DNA of 12,629 nt from an uncultured Deinococcales bacterium (lineage in GTDB: Bacteria > Deinococcota > Deinococci > Deinococcales > JAAFIG01). Positions 1-7,109 of the stretch are shown in pieces (positions within the stretch are counted from its first letter, which is position 1; every line of letters starts with the position of its first letter). The notes beneath the pieces are model-generated. The model was not told the origin of the DNA, searched no databases, and was given only the letters and a program-made list of their open reading frames with translations. The DNA is taken from the NCBI GenBank assembly GCA_964247135.1, contig CAXTTL010000141.1, positions 1 through 12,629 of the forward strand, given 5' to 3'. The translations under genes were made by a program, and so were the position numbers.

Positions 1-53
1 TCGGTTGTATCCTAAACTTGATAATCAATAATAATCACTGTGGTCATGCACTA
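1..53 (+). mobile_element. Right end of a probable IS630-family insertion sequence (transposase C-terminus, terminal repeat and TA target), truncated by the window edge
   Basis: Frame 2 (2..31) reads RLYPKLDNQ*, matching the C-terminal signature of many IS630 transposases (WQFTxxDARIKLxRLYP). It is followed within ~20 bp by ...GTGGTCATGCAC-TA-G, the CACTAG-type end typical of IS630 elements, which duplicate TA. Only 9 codons are visible. Confidence 0.65.
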
Positions 54-509
54 GTGCAAAAATTGGACGATACAACGTTTTACAGAAAGCATTTTCTACC
101 TATTTTGCAAGGTTTAAAAGCAGTTGACTTCCTTGCATTTGATCCTAAAAAATCAGAATTGTGGTTGATTGAGGTCAAAGACTATCGTGCTCACAGACGA
201 ACAAAAAAGATTGATTTGGTTGATGAAATTGCGCAGAAAGTATTGTCAAGTTTGTCTTGTTTAATTGCAATGAGAGCCAATGCTAACGTGCAAGAAGAAA
301 AAATCTTTGCTGAAGAAGCCATAAAAAAAGCTCGATTAAAAGTTGTGGTTCATCTCGAGCAGCCAGAAAAGCCTAGCAAATTGCGCCCAACAGTTTATGA
401 TCCGACCAATTTGCGTATCAAATTACGCGAGAAAGTCAGGTCAATTGATTCAAAAGCGGAATTCTCGAGCATCGTATTTTGCGGAAATGTGCCTTGGATA
501 GCCTCTTAA
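54..509 (+). CDS. PD-(D/E)xK nuclease-like hypothetical protein, probably 5'-truncated by the IS630 insertion (possible pseudogene)
   Basis: ORF track gives 18..509, but the TTG at 18 lies inside the putative IS. Native-looking sequence starts at about 52 (GTG at 54). Motif AVDF...LWLIEVKDY fits the D...E-x-K catalytic pattern. Visibly more AT-rich than neighbouring genes. Confidence 0.6.
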   Translation: MQKLDDTTFYRKHFLPILQGLKAVDFLAFDPKKSELWLIEVKDYRAHRRTKKIDLVDEIAQKVLSSLSCLIAMRANANVQEEKIFAEEAIKKARLKVVVHLEQPEKPSKLRPTVYDPTNLRIKLREKVRSIDSKAEFSSIVFCGNVPWIAS

Positions 510-523
510 AACTCGAGCAACAA

Positions 524-556
524 AAAACAGGAAAAGCATTTTGCTTTTCCTATTTT
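524..556. terminator. Bidirectional intrinsic terminator between convergent genes
   Basis: Stem AGGAAAAGCA (529-538) / TGCTTTTCCT (542-551), 3-nt loop, A-run on the left and T-run on the right. Confidence 0.75.
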
Positions 557-572
557 CGTTAATTGCTTTTCC

Positions 573-1427
573 TCACACGTTTTTTTCAATTGGCACACCG
601 ACAATATTGCCCCACTCCGTCCAGCTTCCGTCGTAATTGCGCACGTTCTCGTAACCAAGCAAGTATTTTAAAACAAACCAGGTGTGGCTCGAGCGTTCGG
701 CAATGCGGCAGTAGGCGATCACATCTTTGTCTGGCGTGACGTTTTTACCCTCGTACAATGCTTTGAGTTCTTCAAAGCTTTTGAACGTGCCGTCTTCGTT
801 GGCGGCTTGCGACCACGGAATGCTTTGAGCGCCTGGAATGTGTCCGCCGCGCAATGCGCCTTCCTGTGGGTAGTTGGGCATGTGGGTGACCTTGCCACTG
901 AATTCGTCGGGGCTGCGCACGTCCACCAGTGCGCCGGTGCCTCGGTTGACATCGACCAGGTGCTTTAAAACGTCCAAAGAAAATGCGCGAATGCTGGCGT
1001 CACGGTATGGCACAACGTATTTGCCTGTGGGGTGGCTCGAGACTTCGGTGGTGGTGGGTTTGCCGTCCGCGATCCATTTGGCACGTCCACCGTTCATGAC
1101 TCGGGCGTCTTTGTGACCGTTGTACTTGAAGAACCAGAAGGCGTAGCACGCCCACCAGTTGTTTTTGTCGCCGTAAAAAATCACGGTGTCGTCGTTGCTG
1201 ATCCCCAGGCTGGCGACGAGGGCGGCGAAGGCTTTCTCGTCGATGAAATCGCGGATGTCGTCGCGTTGCAGGTTGGTGTGCCAGTCCATTTTGACTGCAC
1301 CTGGAATGTGGGCTTGCTCGAACAGCAAGAAATCTTCGTTGACTTCGATCAGTTTGATGTTGGCGTCCTTGTGATGCTCGAGAACCCAATCGGTGCTGAC
1401 CAGAACTTCGGGGTGAACGTATGACAT
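573..1427 (-). CDS. Two-domain rhodanese / thiosulfate sulfurtransferase (SseA/CysA type)
   Basis: [28 protein letters not shown], active site YCRIAERS and C-terminal rhodanese signature YDGSWTEWG. Start moved from 1499 to ATG 1427 (MSYVHPEV), which has a GGAGG Shine-Dalgarno (SD) at 1434-1438. Confidence 0.95.
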   Translation of the reverse strand: MSYVHPEVLVSTDWVLEHHKDANIKLIEVNEDFLLFEQAHIPGAVKMDWHTNLQRDDIRDFIDEKAFAALVASLGISNDDTVIFYGDKNNWWACYAFWFFKYNGHKDARVMNGGRAKWIADGKPTTTEVSSHPTGKYVVPYRDASIRAFSLDVLKHLVDVNRGTGALVDVRSPDEFSGKVTHMPNYPQEGALRGGHIPGAQSIPWSQAANEDGTFKSFEELKALYEGKNVTPDKDVIAYCRIAERSSHTWFVLKYLLGYENVRNYDGSWTEWGNIVGVPIEKNV

Positions 1428-1489
1428 GACTTTCCTCCGTGTGACTCGAGACTCTCGAGGTTGAGTGGTTGTTGCTCGTTTCAATCGCA

Positions 1490-1498
1490 ATGCTATCA
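1490..1498 (-). promoter_or_regulatory. Putative extended -10 promoter of the sulfurtransferase
   Basis: TGaTAGCAT (TGn-TAnnnT) about 63 bp upstream of ATG 1427. Confidence 0.45.
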
Positions 1499-1577
1499 TG
1501 CTTCTTTTGGGACGTTTTGAGCGTCGTGTAAATTACAAAACAGATCAACTACTCTAGAATTCGTTGCTCGGGTTAAG

Positions 1578-2405
1578 ATGCGTGTTGTGCGCGTCAGTGA
1601 CCGAATCGAACAAGAACTCGAAGACCATTTGGGAGCGTTAACGCGCTTGGGTGGCGGCTTTCACTCGAGGGTTTACCTTTCCGAATCCCGCGATTCGGTG
1701 GTCAAGGTCTACCGCAAAAGCACGGGAATGCACAAACTCGAGGCGGATCATATGGCGCGGGCAGGACTTGGCGCGTTTGTGCTCGGCACGTTTGAACTCG
1801 AGGGTTGGGATGTGCTGGTGATGCAACGGTTTCATGGTGCGCCCTTGACTGCCTTTGATGTTGGCGCTGCATTGCCGAACCTTGGAAAATTTTTGCGCGA
1901 ACTTCACGGGAATATTTCGGGTGACATCAATCAGGACGCCATTCGGGCACGACTCGAGCGGTTTCATGGCACGTTGGATGCCGTGCCCGAACGATCTCAA
2001 CTCGAGCCACTTTTTAAAGCCGTTCACGCGGCACTCGAGCATTCGGTTTTTGATGGTCTTGCCGGCTTATGTCACCTGGATTTGTGGCGTGCCAACGTTT
2101 TGTTCGCGTCGCCAGACAACGTTTTGATTGTGGACTGGGCAAAAAGCACTTGGGATGATCCCGCCAGGGATTACGCGTTGTTGATGACTGGAACTTTTGA
2201 CACCCTCGAGCCTGAAACTGCGGTTGGGTATGCGCTCGAACTGGCAACCGCCGAATCTGAAAGTGTCGCGGCGAGGCTGCCAATTCAGGTGGCATTAACC
2301 ACCTTGCACGATTTGCATTGGTTCCTCGAGCGCGACGAGGCTGCGTATCACAGCAATTTTGAAGAAAAGTTAAAACGGGCTTTGTTGATGCTCGAGAGGG
2401 CTTGA
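1578..2405 (+). CDS. Aminoglycoside phosphotransferase (APH)/choline kinase-like family protein, substrate unknown
   Basis: Gly-rich loop LGGGFHSRVY, VVK lysine, Brenner motif HLDLWRANVL, metal-binding IVDW, then DPARD. The start may instead be GTG 1587 (leaderless, after TAAGAT). Confidence 0.85.
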   Translation: MRVVRVSDRIEQELEDHLGALTRLGGGFHSRVYLSESRDSVVKVYRKSTGMHKLEADHMARAGLGAFVLGTFELEGWDVLVMQRFHGAPLTAFDVGAALPNLGKFLRELHGNISGDINQDAIRARLERFHGTLDAVPERSQLEPLFKAVHAALEHSVFDGLAGLCHLDLWRANVLFASPDNVLIVDWAKSTWDDPARDYALLMTGTFDTLEPETAVGYALELATAESESVAARLPIQVALTTLHDLHWFLERDEAAYHSNFEEKLKRALLMLERA

Positions 2406-2447
2406 GTTCTCAAAATCATCTTCGAGCTTTCGCGGAAAACATTGTCC

Positions 2448-2481
2448 TGTAGGGGTGAAGCTTGTGTTTACCCTTCCCACA
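2448..2481 (+). repeat. Degenerate GTAG-type REP-like hairpin
   Basis: T-GTAG-GGGTGAAGC-TTGT-GTTTACCC-TTCCCACA: a GTAG tetranucleotide directly 5' of an imperfect GC-rich stem in an intergenic region. Single copy in this window. Confidence 0.35.
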
Positions 2482-2530
2482 AAACGAAAACATTTTTAAA
2501 CCCCAGTCCTTCGTTTCGGCTCGGTTTTCG

Positions 2531-2539
2531 TGTTAGCCT
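2531..2539 (+). promoter_or_regulatory. Extended -10 element for a leaderless upp transcript
   Basis: TGtTAGCCT ends 6 nt before ATG 2546; no SD sequence. Confidence 0.6.
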
Positions 2540-2545
2540 CATGTC

Positions 2546-3172
2546 ATGAGCCTGACCGTCATCAACCATCCGCTCGTCCAACACAAACTCGCGCTGGTCC
2601 GTGACGAACGCACGGGCAGCAAAGATTTTCGTGAACTCGTAACCGAAATCACCATGCTGATGGCATTTGAAGCCATGCGCGATTTGGAACTCGAGGATGT
2701 CGAAATCACCACGCCGGTTCAGGGCGCGACGGTCAAGATGCTTTCGGGTAAAAAACTGGCTTTGGTTGGCATTTTGCGGGCTGGTTTGATCATGGTGGAC
2801 GGCATTTTAAAGCTTGTGCCCGCCGCCAAAGTTGGGCATATTGGCACGTACCGCGATCCAGTCACCAAACTTCCCGTGCGTTATTACGCCAAACTGCCCA
2901 GCGACATTTCCGAACGCCGCGTGTTTATCGTTGACCCGATGCTCGCCACGGGCGGCAGCGCGGTGGACGCGATTGCAGAACTGAAAAAAGCTGGCGCGTC
3001 AAACATCAAACTCCTCAACATCATCGCCGCGCCAGAGGGTGTGGCTCGAGTTCAGGCGGCGCATCCCGATGTCGAGATTGTGGTCGCGGCGCTCGATTCG
3101 CACCTGAACGATCACGCGTATATTGTGCCTGGGCTTGGCGATGCGGGTGATCGAATTTACGGAACCAAATAG
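2546..3172 (+). CDS. upp: Uracil phosphoribosyltransferase
   Basis: [23 protein letters not shown]-binding [11 protein letters not shown] and C-terminal [17 protein letters not shown]; 208 aa. Confidence 0.98.
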   Translation: MSLTVINHPLVQHKLALVRDERTGSKDFRELVTEITMLMAFEAMRDLELEDVEITTPVQGATVKMLSGKKLALVGILRAGLIMVDGILKLVPAAKVGHIGTYRDPVTKLPVRYYAKLPSDISERRVFIVDPMLATGGSAVDAIAELKKAGASNIKLLNIIAAPEGVARVQAAHPDVEIVVAALDSHLNDHAYIVPGLGDAGDRIYGTK

Positions 3173-3206
3173 GTCGCACTGTGAGAATTTCCCTCATCAT
3201 CTCGAG

Positions 3207-3212
3207 TAGAAT
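3207..3212 (+). promoter_or_regulatory. -10 element for a leaderless wecA/tagO-like transcript
   Basis: TAGAAT ends 6 nt before GTG 3219; no SD; immediately preceded by CTCGAG. Confidence 0.6.
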
Positions 3213-3218
3213 TCAATC

Positions 3219-4319
3219 GTGACGGAGTTCTTAAAAATGCTTGGCGTTTCTGGTTCGCTCGAGGCTGGGCTGTTTCCAGTGATCGCCATTTTTATCACCG
3301 CCATTTTGGTGACCTGGTTTTTTGTGCCCAGGGTGCGCGGTTTTGCGGTTGAAAAGGGTTTGGGTGACAAGCCCAACGAACGGCGTTTGAACAAAGAAAT
3401 CTTGCCAAACTTGGGTGGTTTGACGGTCTTTGCGGGCGTGATCGCGGCGCTGATCGTGGCAACGGCGCTCAAGTCACAAATTTTGGCAACCGTCAATGTC
3501 CAAGTGCTGGCGATCATTCTGGGCGGTGCAATTTTGGTCTTGATCGGTTTTATCGACGATCAATTCGAGTTGCCCAGCATGTTTAGACTTGGTGTTCAAT
3601 TTTTGTGTGCGGGTTTGCTGGTCGTGAACGGCATTCGCATTGACATCACGTTTTTGCCAACTTGGGCGGACACCGCGCTGACCTTATTCTGGATTGTCGG
3701 CATCACCAACGCCGTCAATCTTCTGGATGGCATCGACGGCAACGTTGGCGGTTTGGGCTTTATCAGTTCCATCTGCCTGCTCGCCCTCAGCGCTCAATTC
3801 TCAACTCGAGCTGCCGCCACCTTGATTCTGGCGGCGTTGGCTGGGGCTTGCCTCGGGTTTTTGCGGCACAATTTTAATCCCTCGAGAATCATTCTCGGTG
3901 ACGCGGGCGCGACTTTTATCGGGTACACGCTGGCTGCCGTGTCTGTCTTGGGTACGGTGAAGATTGCGGCGTTCGCCAGCTTGCTCGCGCCCGTGGTGAT
4001 TTTGCTGGTGCCGATCATCGACACCACCCAAGTCGTGGTGAAACGCATCATGCGCGGGGTGCGCCCCGACACCCCAGGCAAAGACCATTTGCATCATTTG
4101 CTGTTAAAACGCGGTTTTGACCAGCGCCGCAGCGTGCTGATTTTGTGGGGCGCAACCTTATTCCTAAACGTGGTCGGCATGGTCTTGCAACATGCCAGAC
4201 CCATTGTCATTATTGTGACCGTGTTTGGTGTGGTCGTGATGCTGGCATTTGTCGCGCAGGTGCGACTTCGAGAGGTCAAACTCGAGGCTCAAAAAGCGCT
4301 CGCCAATTCAAATTCTTAA
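3219..4319 (+). CDS. wecA: Undecaprenyl-phosphate GlcNAc-1-phosphate transferase (WecA/TagO type, MraY superfamily)
   Basis: Multi-pass membrane protein with PNLGG, IGFIDD, GITNAVNLLDGIDG, NFNPSRIILGDAGA and the HLHH motif typical of WecA/TagO; adjacent to wecB. Confidence 0.9.
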   Translation: MTEFLKMLGVSGSLEAGLFPVIAIFITAILVTWFFVPRVRGFAVEKGLGDKPNERRLNKEILPNLGGLTVFAGVIAALIVATALKSQILATVNVQVLAIILGGAILVLIGFIDDQFELPSMFRLGVQFLCAGLLVVNGIRIDITFLPTWADTALTLFWIVGITNAVNLLDGIDGNVGGLGFISSICLLALSAQFSTRAAATLILAALAGACLGFLRHNFNPSRIILGDAGATFIGYTLAAVSVLGTVKIAAFASLLAPVVILLVPIIDTTQVVVKRIMRGVRPDTPGKDHLHHLLLKRGFDQRRSVLILWGATLFLNVVGMVLQHARPIVIIVTVFGVVVMLAFVAQVRLREVKLEAQKALANSNS

Positions 4320-4346
4320 ACTCGAGTTTTCAAGGAGTGTGAAGGT

Positions 4347-5471
4347 ATTAGCCAGTTAAAACGTGTGGTGGTGGCGTTTGGAACGCGTCCAGAGGCGATC
4401 AAGATGGCTCCGGTGATTTTGGCGCTGCGCCAAAATCCGATGCTCGAGGTGAAGGTCTTAAGCACGGGTCAGCAGCGTCAACAGGTCGAGGATGGCTTGA
4501 AGATTTTTAGCATTGTGCCAGATAACGATTTGCAGGTCATGACCGAGCGTCAAACCCTGCCAGGTTTGATGGGCAAAATCGTGCCTGCCGCCGCCGATAA
4601 ACTCCGCGAACTGAACGCCGATTATGTTTTGGTTCACGGCGATACCCTGACCTCGTTTGCGGTGGCGCTGGCGGCTTTTTTCGAGCAAATCCCTGTCGCC
4701 CACGTCGAGGCTGGGCTGCGTTCGGGCAGTCTGCGCGAACCCTTCCCAGAGGAAGCCAACCGCAAACTGACCAGCGTCATTACCGATCTGGACTTACCGC
4801 CAACCAGGGGTTCAGCCGAAAACCTGTACAAAGAGGGCAAGGGCAGCTCGAGTGTGGTGGTGACAGGTCAAACCGAGGTCGATGCGGTCTTGTTCGCCAG
4901 CACCAGGGGGGTAGCGCCCGAACTTCCAGCAGGCAAGCGAATTGTGACCGTGACCATGCACCGCCGCGAGAACCTGCCCGTGATGCGCGAACTCGCCGCC
5001 GCTTTGGGCAAGGTTGCCAGTGCGCACCCCGACACGCATTTTGTGATTCCAGTCCATTTAAATCCAGCCGTGCGCGAAGCCATTTACCCAGAACTCGAGC
5101 ACATTGGGAATTTCAGTTTGCTCGAGCCGCTCGAGTTTGGCGCGATGGCGGCACTGATGGCACGCTCGAGTTTGCTGGTCACCGATTCTGGCGGGGTGCA
5201 AGAGAGCGGCGCGACTTTGGGTGTGCCTGTGGTGGTGCTTCGCAACGTCACCGAACGTCCAGAGGGTTTGGTGGCGGGCGTCCTGAAACTGGCTGGAACG
5301 ACGGGCGATGGCGTATTCAAGACCGTCAATCAATTGCTCTCGAGCGAGGAGGCTTTGAACGCCATGCGCGGCAAACCAAACCCTTACGGCGATGGTCATG
5401 CCTCGAGCCGCGTGGCGCAGGCGGTGGCGTGGAAGTTGGGGCTTGGGGAGCGTCCGAGCGATTGGCAGTAA
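4347..5471 (+). CDS. wecB: UDP-N-acetylglucosamine 2-epimerase (non-hydrolysing)
   Basis: [60 protein letters not shown]. First canonical start is GTG 4365, but the SD AAGGAG (4332-4337) points to ATT at 4347. Confidence 0.95.
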   Translation: MSQLKRVVVAFGTRPEAIKMAPVILALRQNPMLEVKVLSTGQQRQQVEDGLKIFSIVPDNDLQVMTERQTLPGLMGKIVPAAADKLRELNADYVLVHGDTLTSFAVALAAFFEQIPVAHVEAGLRSGSLREPFPEEANRKLTSVITDLDLPPTRGSAENLYKEGKGSSSVVVTGQTEVDAVLFASTRGVAPELPAGKRIVTVTMHRRENLPVMRELAAALGKVASAHPDTHFVIPVHLNPAVREAIYPELEHIGNFSLLEPLEFGAMAALMARSSLLVTDSGGVQESGATLGVPVVVLRNVTERPEGLVAGVLKLAGTTGDGVFKTVNQLLSSEEALNAMRGKPNPYGDGHASSRVAQAVAWKLGLGERPSDWQ

Positions 5472-5507
5472 AATTTGAGCTTTAAATTCTGAATCGTATG
5501 ACCAAAT

Positions 5508-5544
5508 AAAAAACCTCGAGAGACATTTGATCGTCTCTCGGGTT
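5508..5544 (-). terminator. Intrinsic terminator of the peptide-lipoprotein operon (possibly also used by wecB)
   Basis: AACC(T)CGAGAGAC (5512-5524) / GTCTCTCGGGTT (5533-5544), 8-nt loop; the A-run at 5508-5513 gives a U-tail on the minus strand. Confidence 0.75.
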
Positions 5545-5568
5545 GGTGGTCAGTTGAAATGGAAGTGA

Positions 5569-6777
5569 TTATGGAAGTACGTCAACATCCAAAGTGGTTG
5601 AAGTGGTCGTGGTTGAGTCGGTTAAATCCACGCTGATCGTGTGCGGACTTCCGACAGGGGTGGCAGCAAGGTAAGTGTGGCTGGCAGCGATAGGAGTTGC
5701 TGTCAATGTGACGCCAGTAAACGAATCTGCGGCAGTTGCATCGTCCCAGTCAACCGTAATGTCTGTGACAGATGTACCGGCGGCTGCCCTGTAGGTGATG
5801 TTCAGCGGGTAATTCACATTGGCGTTGGCAGTTGTGCTGTTGGCACTGATGTCCACAAAAGGGCTGACATCGCACGAAATGCTGAGCAAACAAACTGGGC
5901 TTGTGCTGGTCAACACGTTCCAAACTCGAGTTGTTGTAAACGCCACATTGGCAACGTCTGAGTCATTTCCAGCCAAATAAACGTCGTCTGCGGTGACGGC
6001 AGCGGCTCGAGTATTGGCGTCGGCAGTCGTATCACCAAGTCCACGGCTGACTCGGGTGTTGGTGTCGTCTGCGATCACAAAGTCTGCTTTGAATTTGTAG
6101 GCGGAGTTGACGTTTGCATTTGGCAGTTTGTAGGCAATGGTGATGGTGCCCGTACCGCCTGCCACGAAGACCCGACCGCCAGTGCTGTTGCGGGCAACAA
6201 AGCCGTATTGCAAGATGGTGTCGCCTGCGGCGATGGTGCTGGGAATCAGGGCAGTTGCTTCGGTGGTGACTTGAGCTATTTCATCCAGTGTAAAACCTTG
6301 AAAATCGGCGTTGGAATTGTCAATGGTGTAACCAAAAATCGGAAAGCCAGTATAGATGGTTTTATGGATGGGCAGCAGGCTTTGGGCGTTGCTGCCGCTT
6401 GCGCCACCATTAAAATTGATCATGCTTTCGATGGCTGTTCCACCAATGCCAGTGCCAAGTTTGTTGTAGGCGTGTAAGGTTAAATTGCTGAAAGGGATAT
6501 TGGCGGTCACTGGAAAGGTCGCGCTGAGGAAGCGGTTGCCGCTGCCAGCGTCAACATAATCCACAAAAGTTGGTGTGCCAAACGTCACAGCAGTGTCTGC
6601 CACGGCAGCACGGGGTGAAAAGTGGGTGCTCGAGCTTCCAGCATCCGCGCCAATGCCCAGTGATACCGTGCCAATAACCTTGCTCGAGGGGGCTGGGTTG
6701 GTGTTCAGGCTTGGGTTTTGAGAGCACGAGACAGCCAGAAAAAGTGGAAGAATCCAAGCAACGTTTTTGAAATTCAT
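5569..6777 (-). CDS. Putative surface lipoprotein, Thr/Ala/Gly-rich and predicted beta-rich, with a C-terminal PKD/Ig-like domain
   Basis: Signal peptide MNFKNVAWILPLFLAVS-C with a lipobox-like Cys18, then a Pro/Ser/Asn tether. C-terminal VDWDD...ASHTY...G.HTISVDLTD resembles PKD (WDFGDG...HTY...GxYxVxLTV). SD AAAGGAG at 6786-6792; ATGA overlap with the upstream peptide gene. Confidence 0.8.
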   Translation of the reverse strand: MNFKNVAWILPLFLAVSCSQNPSLNTNPAPSSKVIGTVSLGIGADAGSSSTHFSPRAAVADTAVTFGTPTFVDYVDAGSGNRFLSATFPVTANIPFSNLTLHAYNKLGTGIGGTAIESMINFNGGASGSNAQSLLPIHKTIYTGFPIFGYTIDNSNADFQGFTLDEIAQVTTEATALIPSTIAAGDTILQYGFVARNSTGGRVFVAGGTGTITIAYKLPNANVNSAYKFKADFVIADDTNTRVSRGLGDTTADANTRAAAVTADDVYLAGNDSDVANVAFTTTRVWNVLTSTSPVCLLSISCDVSPFVDISANSTTANANVNYPLNITYRAAAGTSVTDITVDWDDATAADSFTGVTLTATPIAASHTYLAATPVGSPHTISVDLTDSTTTTSTTLDVDVLP

Positions 6778-6971
6778 ATTCCAAGCTCCTTTGGATCGAG
6801 ACTGACCGAATCGTCCAAAATGGAAGGGAACGGTTGGACCATGCCGATTGAAAGCCCAATGCCGGCGGTCAGAGAGCTGTAGTCCCCGTGGACCTCGAGT
6901 TTGGGGGTTTGATACGGTTTTTGTTCGAGGAGCGCGGTTGAATTGAGTACATCAGATGTTTTGCTTTTCAT
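6774..6971 (-). CDS. 65-aa peptide with a lasso-type RiPP leader motif (orphan precursor-like)
   Basis: Strong SD AAAGGAG (6977-6983) 5 nt before ATG; stop overlaps the next start (ATGA). Contains YQTPKLEVHGDYSSLTA|G = YxxPxLxxxGxxxxxTx|G. Confidence 0.8.
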   Translation of the reverse strand: MKSKTSDVLNSTALLEQKPYQTPKLEVHGDYSSLTAGIGLSIGMVQPFPSILDDSVSLDPKELGI

Positions 6972-7069
6972 GGTAACTCCTTTACAAAAAATTTGAATTG
7001 TGATGATGTTATACGTTTTGACGCTTTTGTTTTTAAGTCTTCCCTAACCAAATTGCTCACACAGTTCTA

Positions 7070-7109
7070 ATTATAACGTGAAGAATTGAAAATAAGCTGA
7101 ATTTTCAGC
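7070..7109 (-). promoter_or_regulatory. Putative promoter of the peptide-lipoprotein operon with an upstream palindromic binding site
   Basis: Consensus TATAAT at 7075-7070, no good -35, and palindrome GCTGAA-N2-TTCAGC at 7096-7109. Confidence 0.5.

Noticed and set aside
20-38. Fur-box-like GATAATCAATAATAATCAC
   Set aside because: Poor match beyond the first hexamer; better explained as the transposase stop region of the IS end.
1428-1499. N-terminal extension of the sulfurtransferase in the ORF track
   Set aside because: A strong SD precedes ATG 1427, and the extension overlaps the predicted promoter and UTR.
1578-2405. Aminoglycoside resistance gene
   Set aside because: Only generic APH/choline-kinase fold motifs are present, in a housekeeping context; substrate cannot be assigned.
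4339-4359. Mini-ORF MKVLAS* in front of wecB
   Set aside because: Its GTG is only 1 nt from the SD and the ORF is out of frame with wecB; likely chance.
6777-6863. Calling the peptide a canonical lasso peptide
   Set aside because: No Asp/Glu at core positions 7-9 and no cyclase or peptidase genes in the window.
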